64,000 nt of DNA. Origin: the human T2T-CHM13v2.0 reference genome, Homo sapiens. Numbering within the stretch: the stretch's first letter is position 1; the number at the start of each line of letters is the position of its first letter. The stretch lies in NCBI RefSeq assembly GCF_009914755.1, contig NC_060948.1, one strand, 5' to 3'. The translations under genes were made by a program, and so were the position numbers. The notes beneath the pieces were generated by a model, which had not been told where the DNA came from, did not search any database, and saw nothing but the letters and a program-made list of their open reading frames with translations. Positions 38,864-51,906 of this stretch are shown here, in pieces.

Positions 38864-39308
38864 TGTAATGGTTAATACTGAGTGTCAACTTGGTTAGATT
38901 GAAGAGTATTGGTTGGATGCAAAATATTGATCCTGGATGTGTCTGTAAGGGTGCTGCCAAAGCAAATTAACATTTGAGTCTGTGAGCTGCAAAAGGCAGA
39001 CACACCATTAATCTGGGTGGGCACCATCTAATCAGCTGCCAGTGCAACTAGAATATAAAGCAGAGAGAAAAATGTGAAAAGACAAGTCTGGTCTAGCCTC
39101 CCAGCCTACATCTTTCTCCTGTGCTGGATGCCTCTTGCCCTTGAAGGTTGGACTCCAAGTTCTTCAGTTTAGGGACTCAGATTGGCTCTCCTTTCTCCTC
39201 AGCTTACAAACAGCCTATTGTGAAACCTTGTGATCATATGAGTTAATACTTAATAAATTCCCCTTTATATATCCTATTAGTTTTGTTCATCTGGAGAAGC
39301 CTAATTCA
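38864..39308 (+). mobile_element. MLT2 LTR (HERV-L 5' LTR)
   Basis: tgtaatggttaatactgagtgtcaacttg...taatctgggtgggcaccatctaatcagctgccag. Confidence 0.9.
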
Positions 39309-42203
39309 GATTTCAGTGATACGAGTGGTTCTAGAGGAAAAGAATATTAAGGATGGAGTTATCTTCTAGGTTTGAGTTTCTGGGATTGGATTCTTAATAC
39401 TATTAAACCCCAAAATGCTAAGGACTCTACTTCTAGTAGTATGAAGACTGAGAGTTCATGACATGAACTATATAATGTGATGGTTAATACTGAGTGTCAA
39501 CTTGATAGGATTAAATAATGCAAAGTATTGATACTGAGTATGTCTGTGAGGGTGTTACAAAAGGAGATTAACATTTGAGTCAGTGGGCTGCAAAAATAAA
39601 TGCATTTGGCACTCCCGATGCACTGCTCACAAGAAACAAGGAGTTTAGTGATTTTATACATAACACCTTTGACTATATGTGGAGAATCAAGGAAAATAAT
39701 GAAGCTGGTTGGTTGCAACTAAATTCAGTGGAGAAAGTGATGAAATAAAATAGTGGACTCAGGGATTTTATCTCTCAGCTTCAGAAGCAGATATTGAGCC
39801 TCAAATCTGCAAAGAATCGCCCTGCGTGAGAGTCTTATCTCCTGTAGAGAAAGAGATGAAATTGTGGAAAAACAGACACAAGCTCTTATCCTGTGAGTGG
39901 CTGACCTGCAAGGAAAGGTGCATGCACAGCCTCACCAGGTGTCTACTTTTAAAGAAAAGGCATTGATTGGAAAATAATGGGTCCCTGAAACTTGCAAGGG
40001 GGGCATAAGGAAGGACCCTGATGAAGCTGGGGACACTGAGTTTATAAACTCTGATGAACCTTTTTTTGCCAGAAGAAACAGCTTCCCCATCCCTAGCAAT
40101 GGCAACATCCCCTCCCCATCTCATGTTGCCATCAGCATCTCCACCTTTGCATGAAGCAATAAACACTGCACTTCCTGAGGAAACAGTGATGGGGTCCCTT
40201 GAGGCAGTTTCCAGGCAAGATAATGCTGATTCTCCTGAAGAGGCACCCTGAACACCCCTGTTTGCTTCTAGACCTATAACTAGACTGAAGTCCTGGTGGG
40301 CCCTTGAAGGTGAGGTTGACAGTGTGACCCATGAGGAGGTGCATTACACTTGAACTGCTAGAGTTTTCTAATTTATATTAATAGAAATCAGGAGAAAAGT
40401 CATAGGAATGAATATTAAGGGTGTAGAATAATGGCGGAAAAAAACATTGAGTTTGATCACGCTGAATTTATTGATTTGGGCCCAATAAATAATGAATCTG
40501 CATTTAATGTTGCAGCTCAGGAAGATAAAAAAGTTCTAATAGTTTCTTTGCTTGGTTAGCTAAAATATGGATTAAAAGATGGCCCACAGGGACTGAGCTG
40601 GAAATGCCTGTTTGGTTTAATGTAGAGAAAGGGAAACAAAGGCTTAGAGACCTTGAGATAGTGGAGTGGATTAATCATATTAGACCCATTCATCTTAGCT
40701 GGGAGGGTCCAGAAGACATATCCTTGACCAATTCTTAGCAAAATAGGTTTGTGAGGGCAGCACCTGTATCTTTGAAGAGCCCTATAATTGCTCTTCTCTG
40801 TATGTCAGATCTAACGGCAGGAACCACAGTTACTCCACTACAAAATTCAAATACGATGAGAATAACTGGACCCCAAACTAGCAGGGAACAAGTAGTGGCA
40901 TTCAACAATCAAAGGCAAGGTGGACATAGCTACTGTAATGGATGGTGCAGGCAAAGCAAGAAACAGAATAGTCTCACTCACTTAGAGCTCTGGTATTGGC
41001 TAATTAATCACAGTATTCCTATAAGTAAAGTTGATAGGAAGCATACTGCAAAAAAACTAATTGGAATTATAAAAAGAGAGAATCACAGCCCCTCAATCAA
41101 TGTCCAGGCTGGAGCCCATTTTCAGACTGAGAAACTTTGAATAAAGGGGAGTCTGGGTTCCATTGAGGAAGGACCCTACTACTATACTGAAAGTTTATGC
41201 TGTTAATCTTTCTCTAATCCTTCCCCAAGGAGACCTCTGGCCTTTTATCCAGGTAACTGTGCACTGGGGAAGGGAAAATGATGAGACATTTTGGGACTAC
41301 TGGATACTGCTTCTGAGATTGCGTTGATTCAAGGGGACCCAAAACGTCATTGTCATCCTCCAGTTAAAGTAGGGGCTTATGGATGTCAGGGAATTAAAGG
41401 AATTTTAGCTCAGGTCTGACTTCCAGTGGGTCCAGTTGGTCCCTGAACTTATCCTGTGGTCATTTGCCAAATGCCAGAATGTATAATTTGCATAGACATA
41501 CTAAACAGCTGTCAGAATCCACACACTGCCTTCCTGAAAGTTAGGGTGAGAGCTATCGTGGTGAGAAAGGCCAAACAGAAGCCATTAGAGCTGCCTCTAC
41601 CTAGAAGAATAGTGAATGAAAAACAATATTGCATCCCTGGAGAGATGCAGAGGGGTGTGAAAGATGCAGTGTCACCATCAAGGATGTGAAAGATACAGGG
41701 GTGGTGATTTCTGCCACATCCCCATTTTTGACTCTCGCATTTGTCCTGTGCAGAAGAAAAATGAATCTTAGAGAATGACAGTGGATTATTCTAAGCTTAA
41801 CCAAGTGGTGATTTCAATTGAAGCTGGTGTACCAGCTGTGGTTTCATTGCTTGAGCAAATTAACACATCTCCCAGTACCTGGTATGCAGCCATTGACTCG
41901 GCAACTGTCTTTTTCTCCATTCCTGCCCATAAAGCCCACCAGAAACAATCTGCCTTCAACTGGCAAAGCCAACAATATACTTTTGTTGTCCTACATCAGG
42001 TGCATGTTAACCCTCTGGCATTGTGCCATATTCTTATTTGGAGAGACCTTGAATGCTTTACAATTCATCAAGCTATTACACCAGTCCATTACCTTAATGA
42101 CATTATACTGATTGGATCCAGTGAGCAAGAAGTAGCAAACACACTGAACTTATTTGTTAGACATTTGTGTGCCAGAAGATGAGAAATAAATTCATCTAAA
42201 ATT
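39309..42203 (+). mobile_element. HERV-L internal (gag-pro-RT), 3'-truncated
   Basis: Protease-like GLLDTASE near 41295. ORF 41775-42182 reads MTVDYSKLNQVV...WYAAID...FFSIP...HYLNDI, an RT with degenerate YxDD. No integrase or 3' LTR follows. Confidence 0.9.
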
Positions 42204-43850
42204 ATTTCTTTTTAAAAGCTGGACCTCTGTGCTGCTTATGAAACATACATCAAACACAAGGCAAGAAACAGAAAATAAATTATGTAAATGGATATCTGGG
42301 AAAATTCTATGCCCCTAGTAAACAATGCATATTTTCAGATTTAAAGCAACAATTAATACTAAAGGGAAAATTATTGCCACCTACATAACAACAAAACTTT
42401 CAGTAGACTAGGAGTATAATACAGTTTTAATCTACACTTCTAAAATATAGACAGCAAAAATTAATGAAATTATAATAAATTAATTATCATGAAACATTTT
42501 AGTACAACACTCCAAGATTATTGGTTCAGCAGAGGTTAAACTATGTAAGAAGCTATTCAAAAACTTTATCTGATAGGCAGTTTTAGGCTATAGTATCTAG
42601 CAATGCACATTCTTCTAAAAATTCAGAAACATTTACAGACATACTATGCCATAAGGTAAGTCTCAATACATTTCAAAGATTCTTATATTATCAAGAACAC
42701 ATCTGATTCTAATACAAACAAGTATAAAAATATACATATTTTTAACCTTGTAAATTGGAAATATATGACAGACTTCTTAATTACACATAAAAAACACAAA
42801 ACTTGAAATTCAGAAATAAATAATAGTTTAAAATATTAAGTATCAGTACTTTTGGAATCCTGCTAACAAGAAAGTTAGTGATAAATTAAAAGGTTGAAAT
42901 GTTGTATTTCATGAAGAAATAAGAAAAGCTGACACTAATATGTGAATAATTTGTTACAAAGAATTAGGAAAAGAAGAAATAAGTACACCAAAAGAAACAA
43001 GTATGAATTAGAAAATAATGAACCAAGAGCAGAAGTTAATCAAATAGAAATAGAATTAGTACTTTGAGAAGATTACAAAGCTTACAAATCTCTGACCAGA
43101 TTGATTGGGGAAGAAAGAACACATAATATCAAGACATAAAGAGAGGGCATGTTCAGCGAGGCAGCAGAAATTTAGAAATACAGCAGTATTAGGAACATCT
43201 TTATGCAAATAAATTTTAATTCTTCAGTGAAACAGAAAAGTTTTACAAAAAAGTCAGTTACCCAAACTGACACAAGAAGAACTAGAAAACTTCACTTGCT
43301 ATATCATTTTGAAAAAAATGCATCCACATTTAAAATATCCCTATAAAAAAGTATTAGAATAAGTGGCTTTTATAGTTGCATTCTACTACACATTCAAGGA
43401 AAGAAATGTTTCAGAGAAGTGAAAAAGAGAAGAAAAACACAAAACCCTAATTAATTTTCAAATGAATAATTTCGTTACTACTTTCAAACAAAAAGCATAA
43501 GAATTAAGCCCAAAAAAGATTAATTTAACTTTAAAACAACAATGTGAAAACATGAGCAAAATATAAGTATATTATTTGTTTTCACACAGCTGCAAAGAAA
43601 TATCCGAGACTGGGTAACTTATAAAGAAAGGAGACTTAACTGGCTCATAGTTTCTCAAGCTTTGCAGGAGGCATAGCTAGGAGGCCTCAGAAAACACACA
43701 ATTATGCGAGAAGGCCAAGGGAAAGCAAGTGTGTCTTCAGATGGTGGCAGGAAAGAGAGTGTAAAGGGGGAAGTGATACACATTTTCAAAAAAGTCGATC
43801 TCATGAGACCTTACTTACTATCATGAGAACATAAAGAAGTCTGCTCCCAT

Positions 43851-45384
43851 TGTGTCCGAAATTGGTGGGTTCTTGGTCTCACTGACTTGAGGAATGAAGC
43901 CACGGAGCCTCGCAGTGAGTGTTAACAGTTCTTAAAGATGGTGTGTCCAGAGTTTGTTCCTTCTGATGTTCAGATTGTTCGGAGTTTCTTCCTTCTGGTG
44001 GGTTCATGGTCTCACTGGCTTCAGGAGTGAAGTTGCAGACCTTCACAGTGAGTGTTACAGCTCTTAAAGTGGAACATCTGGAGTTGTTCACTCCTCCCAG
44101 TGGGTTTGTGGTCTTGCTGGCCTCAGGAGTGAAGCTGCAGACCTTCGTGGTGAGTGTTAACAGCTCATAAAGGCAGTGCAGACCCAAAGAGTGAGCAGCA
44201 GCAAGATTTACTGCAAAGAGCAAAAGAACAAAGCTTCCACTGCCGGAAGTGGACTCTAGTGGGTTGCCACTGCTGGCTTGGGCAGCCAGCTTTTATTCCC
44301 TTATCTGACTCCACCCACATCCTGCTGATTGGCCCATTTTACAGAGATCTGATTGGTCCGTTTTGACAGGGTGCTGATTGGTGCATTTACAATCCCTGAG
44401 CTAGACACACAGTGCTGATTGGTGTATTTACAATCCTCTAGCTAGAAGTAAAAGTTCTCCAAGTCCCCACTAGATTAGCTAGACACAGAGTGCTGATTGG
44501 TGCATTTACAAACCTTGAGCTAGGCACAGAGTGCTGATTGGTGGATTTACAATCCTTGAGCTACACACAGAGCACTGATTGGTGTATTTACAATCCTTTA
44601 GCTACAAGTAAAAGTTTTCCAAGTCCTCACCAGATTAGCTAGATAGAGAGTGGTGTATCCAGGAACCCCAAGCTAGACATAGAGTGCTGATTGGTGTATA
44701 CACAATCCTCCAGCTAGACATAAAAGTTCTCCAAGTCCCTACCCGACTCAGGAGCCCAGCTGGCTTCACCTAATGGATCCCATGCCAGGGTCACGGGTGG
44801 AGCTACACACCAGTGCCACGCCACACATCTGCAGTCCTCAGCCCTTGGGCGGTCCATGGGACCGGGCACCACGGAGCAAGGGCTGGCACCCGTCGAGGAG
44901 GCTCAGGCTGGTGGGAGCCCACCACAGGGGTGTTCCAGCATGGCAGGCTGCAGGTCCTGAGCCCTGCCCCATGGGGAGGTGGCTGAGGCCTGGAGAGAAT
45001 TCGAGTGCAGCATAGGGGGCCAGCAGTGCTGCAGGACATGGCACCTCTTCTGCAGCTGCTTGCCCAGGTACAAGCCCCTCACTGCCTGGGGCCGGGTGGC
45101 ACCACTAGGCCGCTCCGAGTGCGGGGCCGCCAAGCCTGCGTCCACCCAGAACTCGTGCTGGCCCGTGAGCACCATGCCCAGCCCTGGTTCCCGCTGGCCC
45201 CTCTCCGTCCACACCTCCCCGCAAGCAGAGGGAGCCAGCTCCAGCCTTGGCCATCCCAGAGATGGGCTCCCACAGTGCACTGGCAGACTGAAGGGGGCTC
45301 CTCAAGCGTGGCCAGAGTGGACACCCTGTGGCCTGAGGAGGTGAGGAGAGCAAGCGAGGGCTGCTAGCACTTTGTCACCTCTCG
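43851..45384 (-). mobile_element. Solo LTR12 (ERV9; LTR12C/D-like)
   Basis: tgtgtccgaaattggtgggttcttggtctcactgac...gtcacctctcg, TSD ccat (43847-43850, 45385-45388), tandem gctgattggtg units. Confidence 0.95.
44290..44700 (-). promoter_or_regulatory. LTR12 U3 enhancer/promoter with CCAAT (NF-Y) array
   Basis: Eight ctgATTGG motifs, a GATA site (ttatct) and the GGAATAAAAG TATA-like box on the minus strand. Activity is not shown by the sequence. Confidence 0.65.
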
Positions 45385-46087
45385 CCATGATCCAGTCACC
45401 TCCAACCAAGCCCCCCTCCAAAACATGAGGATTAAAATTCAGCATGAGATTGGGGTGAAAACAGAGCCAAAATATATCAATGAGCAAACAAATATAAGGT
45501 TATACATCATAACTACATATCTACACAAAATTTATTTCAAAGACAAAAGAGTGGCTCAACTTAAGAAAATATATTAATTTAATGCATCATACTAATATAT
45601 TAAAGTAGGAAAAAATAGAATTACATCAATGAATACAGAATAAACACCAAATAAAACAAATAGCTATTTATAATAAGACATTAAAGTACAAATAAAGAAA
45701 ATGTTCCTTATCTGAGAATACTTCCTTCGAAATCAGAAGAAAGACTAGAAGACTCACTATTACCATTTCTCTTCAACATTTGTCCTGGAGATTTTTAACG
45801 TATAATATACAATAAATAATACTCATAACAATAATAATATTTTATAAGAATTGACAAGAAAGAAGTAAAACAGTCCTCATCTGTAGATGACATGATTATC
45901 TACATGGACAACTTCAAAGAATATACAAACCATATATATTAATAAGAAAACTTAGAAAATTTTCTAGATGTAGTATTAAGATGTCAAAGTTGAAATTATC
46001 TACCTTCCAGTAAAAGAAAGACACAGGATGGTTTTGAGTGATAATGGAGGCTGTACTTCCATTGTGAACTGTGTGATATTGAAGTAT

Positions 46088-46200
46088 ACATAATCCTCCC
46101 TCAGTATCAGTGGGGGATTGGTTCAGGACTTCCATGGATACCAAAATCTGCAGATTCTCCATTTCTTGGCATTAAATGGTGTAGTATTTGCATATAACTA
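46088..46200 (+). mobile_element. MER2 (Tigger-type) fragment
   Basis: ccctcagtatcagtgggggattggttc...gataccaaaatc...tagtatttgcatataac. Confidence 0.75.
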
Positions 46201-46603
46201 GCTGTCCAGCTCTTAAATAAGGTGGGAGTGATTCACTGCAGTAGGCACTAAAAAGAAGACCCTTCTATTATCAATGGAAATTCTCTGGGAGAGAAAACAG
46301 CTAAGGGCAAATCTAAAGAGGTACCATTGTTACAGGCCACTGGCTACTGCCAGGTACTGCACCCATGTCCGGAACACCACCCTGTACCCATGAAGAAATG
46401 TAATGGACAGGACAAAAAGGGTTATAAAAGAATCCCTCAGGATGGTTACTAGAAAGCAACAAAACTCTTTCTCCCTGGGGCAATGCAATGAAAGATAGTT
46501 AAGCCTTTATATGACTCCTCACATTTGGGACAGGTCTCAATATACAAGTTATTTTCTCAAATCATTTAAGGAAAGAAACTATTCTACACTATAAAAAGGA
46601 TGA

Positions 46604-47027
<424 letters not shown>

Positions 47028-47750
47028 TTATCAGATACAACCATACAGGGGCTGGAAATATTCACCAGTATTTATAGACAACTTCACCAAGTGAATTGAG
47101 GCTTTTCCCACTTTATGAGCGCCCACATTTTTACTCAATAAGATCAACTGCAAAGTTTCGATGACCTGAAAGCCTTCATAGTGACAATGGACCTACCTTC
47201 ATAGCCAAAGTGACCCAGCAGCTTGCATTCAGCTTTAGGCATTACCTATCACCTTCACTCCCCCTGGAGTACTCAATCCTCAGGTAAAATAGAAAAATCT
47301 AATCATGTTTTGAAAAGACATGAGCTAAGCCATGTCAGGGGACCTCAGAGACCAGGTTCCTCTCTTAGCCATAGTCTTCATACACATAGGAATGACCCTT
47401 AAAAACCTCCAGAAAAATCCATTTGAGAGGAGTTATGTGAGGCCATTTTTAGCTTGAGGTCTCCTGCTTAATAAAGAGATACATAGTTGACTCATAAGTT
47501 GTCAACTTAGACCAGTTTAGAAAAGTCCTCCAAGCCTATGGACAAAAAGTATTGCCCCCTCTCACAAAGCAATTAACTGACCTCCTATTCAGTCATGAAA
47601 CTAGTAAACATTTTGAAAGAAGCATCCCCTGACAATCAGTTACAACCAAAATAGAAGGGCCCCTATCAAGTGTTGTTGACTATTCCAGTCCTTTTAAACT
47701 TTAGAGCGTACCTAGTTGGATACAATTGTCCAAGATTAAACCTGTTTCTT

Positions 47751-48050
47751 TTTTTTTTTGAGATGGAGTCTCACTCTGTCACCCAGGCTGGAGTGCACTG
47801 GAGTGCAGTGTCACGATCTTGGCTCATTGCAAGCTTTGCCCCCTGGGTTCGTGCCATTCTCCTGCTTAGCCTCGTGAGTAGCTGGGACTACAGGTGTCCG
47901 CCACCATGCCCGGCTAATTTTTCTTGTATTTTTATTAGAGACAGGTTTTCACTGTGTTAGACAGGATAGTCTCAACCTCCTGACCTCGTGATCCACCCAC
48001 CTCGGCCTCCCAAAGTGCTGGGATTACAGGCATGAGCCACTGCACTTGGC
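47751..48050 (-). mobile_element. AluY-like
   Basis: 15-bp TSD ttaaacctgtttctt; internal ctggagtgca duplication. Confidence 0.9.
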
Positions 48051-48654
48051 TTAAACCTGTTTCTTATAAGTTGCAGGCACAAATGGAGGACACTGTAACC
48101 TAAATTTTTGGAAGATCGCCACTACCTATTTAAAAGAATCAACAGTCACTCATCCAGAAGTGGCAACATGATGCTGCTGGTGGGAATAGAGGGTATTCCT
48201 ACTAGGAAAGACTAAGAAAAACACAATTGAGCTCCTGAATTTTCTAGAAAAGGAAGGGTATCATTGTCAGTTTCCCAATTTTCTGGAAAGAAGGGTATTT
48301 CTCTGTTTTTCCACCTTTTAAAAATCTGTGATAGGACCCTTGACAGCTGTCTTGTTGTTACTAATTTATTTACTTGTTTGTTGAACCTTATAGTAAGCTT
48401 TGTATCTTGTAGATTATAATATTTCCAGGTGCAAACAATGCTGGCATAAGGCTTTTGAGTTATATACTGATCTGGATAATTGTGGTGTTCTGCCTTTCAC
48501 CCCTTTAGCTCATGTATCCAGAGACATTTGCTTCTCTAGTGCTAGGCAAGGCCAGTGCTCATGATTCAGCAGAAAGCAGGTACACTGCATGGACCTCCTC
48601 CCTCTTGCATCCCCCTTAAGATTAAGGGAAAGTATTTAACATCTGAGTGGAGAA

Positions 48655-49122
48655 TGAGGTTGAAGGTGGGACTCACCTCCAGGGGTAGGGCTCACGCATG
48701 ATCCAGATTGAGGACTACCTAAAAAACAGGGCTTAGGCAGAAGCAGTTTTCAATCAGACATGCTCACCAGTGTGCTATGGCATTTAACATTGCTATCGCA
48801 ACACCCAGGAGTTACCACCCTTCTATGGCAATGATCCAATGATTACCACCCTTTCCCTATAAATTTCTGCATTTATCAATCCATGCAATTAAAAGCAAAT
48901 ATAAATATGGCTGCAAGATATCCCTGAGCTGCTACTCTTTTGCTATGGCATAGCCCTGTTCTGAAAGAGGAGCCACAGGGCTGTAACACTGCCAGAGCTG
49001 TAATTCTGTCTCATCAGTTAAGCTATTTTTTTCTACCTCTGGTTTGGCATTGAATTATTTCCTGGACAAAGTCAAGAAACCAGTGGGCTTAGCTCTGCTT
49101 GGGGCTTGCCTCTCCTGCATTG
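48655..49122 (+). mobile_element. ERV1 3' LTR (MER4-group; family uncertain)
   Basis: Starts with TG after gagtggagaa; ccagattgaggactac; ends ggggcttgcctctcctgca. Confidence 0.7.
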
Positions 49123-49479
49123 TGTCTACGATTCCATTCCAAGATTTAGTAAACTATGAATTAAGCAGGTGAAGTGAATGCAATTACTTTAAATGCAAAA
49201 GTTAAAGGTCACCAGAAGAATTAAATAATCAACATAGAGAATATTTTAATGCAATGTTTTCATAATCCAAAATAATGTAATAATCATTAATAAAGTATTA
49301 TATTTTTAAAGATAGCATATTATTGATTATTTTGTTTCCTGCTTCAATATTCCTTAGCATAACATTAATATTGATAATGATCTTATCTTTCTATAAAATA
49401 TTTTGTTCAACTTTAAATTTTATTAATAATTATTTATGAATATTGCACTGAAATACAGATCTTAATTACTGAGCTTTTT

Positions 49480-50290
49480 AAATTAATAAATCTCAGTAGA
49501 GTAGTTTTACATTACAACAAAATTGAGTAGAAAGTATAGAAAGCTCCCTTACACCCTGTGCCCACATGTACAACCTTTCCCACTATCAATATTTCTGATG
49601 AGACTGGTATGTTTGTTACAGTTCATAAACCTACATCAATACATTATCACTCAATACCTGCAATTTACATTAGGGCTAACTTTTACTGTTGCACATTCTA
49701 TAGGTTTTTACAAACATGTAATAAAATGTATCCAAAACTGTAGTATTATATAGAATAGTTTCACTATTGTATACTCTAATACCTGAGTTGTGCCTATTTA
49801 TTACACTCTCCCTTGTAATCAATTGCAACCACTGATCTTTTTACTTCTTCAACATTTTTTTCTAGATTGTCATATATTTGAAATAATACTTGTAGCATTT
49901 TATGATTGGCTTAGTTCACTTGTAAATATACATTTAAGTTTCTTCCATGTTTTTTCATGATTTGAAAGCTCATTTTTTCAGTGCTGCACAGTATTCCATA
50001 AATATTCCATAAACCACAGTTTAACCACTTTAATATAGAACAACATCTATATGCAGATTTTGATGTAAATATGTTTTTAATTTAGTTGGATAAATTCCAA
50101 GAAGCAAGACTGCTAGATGAGATCGAAAGAGTACGTTTAATTTTGTTAAACCAAAACAAAACAAAGCCTACCATTCTTCCAAATTTGCTGTTATCAGTGC
50201 TTTCAATTTTTGCAATTTTATATTTAATTTATTATCAAATTCACAACTCCCCAGTATTATATGACGTTTATCATCCTTTCATATGCTCAT
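49480..50290 (-). mobile_element. L1MB/MC 3' end
   Basis: acaacaaaattgagtagaaagtatagaaagctcc. Confidence 0.7.
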
Positions 50291-50295
50291 TCCCT

Positions 50296-50525
50296 TAGTC
50301 TTAACTACTAGGGAAGCAAAGGAAGAGGATATGTGAGACTTGGAATTGGAGGCTGCAGTGAGCTATGATGGCACCACTGCATTACAGCCTGGGGACAGAG
50401 ACCCTATCTCAAAAAAAAAAAAAAAAAAAGAAGAAGAAGAAAAGGAGGAAGGAAAGGAGGAAGGAAAAGAAAGAGAAGGAAAGGGAAGGGAAAAAGGAGA
50501 AGAAAAAAGGGAAAGGAAGAAGGAA
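50296..50525 (+). mobile_element. Alu monomer fragment with A/GA-rich expanded tail
   Basis: gaggctgcagtgagctatgatggcaccactgc, then a (GAAG/GGAA)n purine tract. Confidence 0.8.
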
Positions 50526-50623
50526 GTATTAATTTGTCAGCAAAACAGTGACTCCTAAGCACGTTTTTCAGGTTTCTTCCCTAGAATTCATTACAAAGGA
50601 ATTTTTTTTGTGTGTGAGTTTAC

Positions 50624-50920
50624 TTGTTTTGTTTTGTTTTTGTTTTTGAGACAGGGTCATGCTGTATCACCCAGTCCAGAGTGCAGTGGCGTGATCTTGC
50701 CTTAGTGCAAACTCCACCTCCAGGGTTTAAGGGAATCTCCCAGCTCCCACCTGTAGCTGGGACTATAGGCCCACACCACTACTCCCAGATAAGTTTTTGT
50801 ATTTTTGCTAGAGACAGGGTTTCAACATTTTGCCCAGGCTGGCCTCAAACTCCTGGTTATCTGACCCCCCTTGGCCTCCCAAAGTACTGGAATTACAGGC
50901 ATGAGCCACCAAGCTGGGCC
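50624..50920 (-). mobile_element. AluJ-like
   Basis: (TTTTG)n tail and a diverged dimer. Confidence 0.8.
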
Positions 50921-51323
50921 TACATATTGGGTTTTTATTTCTTTCCAAACAATTCTTGATAAATCACGGTTTTTTTAAAACTTATCTGTCATCTTATTTT
51001 CCACATCACTATCATAATAGTGCAAACATTGCTTATAATTCTTTTATGTTTCTTTCTCTTGTTAAGAGTATTTGAAACATATTTCATGTATCTCTGGCAC
51101 CATAATAATTTAAATTATTTACACCAAATAAGTGGGTGTAATCGAGATAAATGGTGATAGCTTAAAACTGAGACAAAATAAATGCGTTTAAGTTATTCTA
51201 TTAACTTGCCACACTGACTTACTCTTGTAATCCTACCATTGGGAAGAGGAGATGTGAGGATGGCTTGAAGTCACGAGTTGGAGACCAGTCTGCGAACATA
51301 ATGAGCCCTTTAATCTATTGCCA

Positions 51324-51797
51324 TTTTGGCGCCAGGGACCGGTTTTGTGGAAGCTATTTTTCCACAGAAAAGAGGTGGGTAGGGGGAGAAGGTGGCGAGG
51401 TGGACACACCGGGGAGATGAGGGGCTGCAGTTCCAGGAGGAACACAGGGTAGGGAGGGGCTTCGGGTCAGAGCAGTGTGACGGGGGGCAGCGGTGGGGCA
51501 GCGGAGCTGCGAGGGGGACAGGGCAGGCCAGCGGGGAATAGGGAGAATGGATTCTGGATGAAACCGTTCCACCTCAGTTCATTCAGGCATTGCATTCTTC
51601 TAAGGAGAGCGCCACCTAGATCCTCGCATGCGCAGTTCAAAGTAGGGCTCCTACTCCGGTGAGAATCCAATGCCTTTGCTGATCTGACAGGAGGCGGGGC
51701 TCAGGCGGTGCTAGCGGTTCGTCACCTGTTCTGCAGCCGGCTTCCTAACAGGCCGCGGACAGGTACCGGTTGGAGACCAGGGTTTGGGGATCCCTGA
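51324..51797 (-). mobile_element. MER1B (hAT-Charlie) with an internal G-rich tract
   Basis: ccagggaccggttttgtggaag...ctagatcctcgcatgcgcagttc...gctgatctgacaggaggcgg...ggtttggggatccctg. Confidence 0.85.
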
Positions 51798-51906
51798 TCT
51801 ATTGTACATTTCAAATAACTAAAATATTGTAAAAAATGTAAAATGCTCTCCCCCAAGAAAGGATGTATTTTAATTAGCTTGATTTAATCATTTATTTAAA
51901 TATTAA

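Larger units (their letters stand above)
43568..45479 (-). mobile_element. MST-type solo LTR split by LTR12
   Basis: gagactgggtaacttataaagaaagg...ctgctcccat [LTR12] gatccagtcacctcc...aatatatca. Confidence 0.85.
42210..46030 (+). mobile_element. Ancient L1M ORF2 remnant interrupted by LTRs
   Basis: A-rich, cccaaactgacacaagaagaactagaaaac, gtagatgacatgattatctacatg (DDMIIY). Confidence 0.7.

Noticed and set aside
41775-42182. Domesticated or active reverse transcriptase
   Set aside because: The catalytic motif reads YLND, the ORF is a truncated fragment, and upstream gag/pro are disrupted.
44320-44740. CRISPR-like repeat-spacer array
   Set aside because: These are the known tandem U3 enhancer units of LTR12. 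The intervening sequences are themselves repeated and the DNA is eukaryotic.
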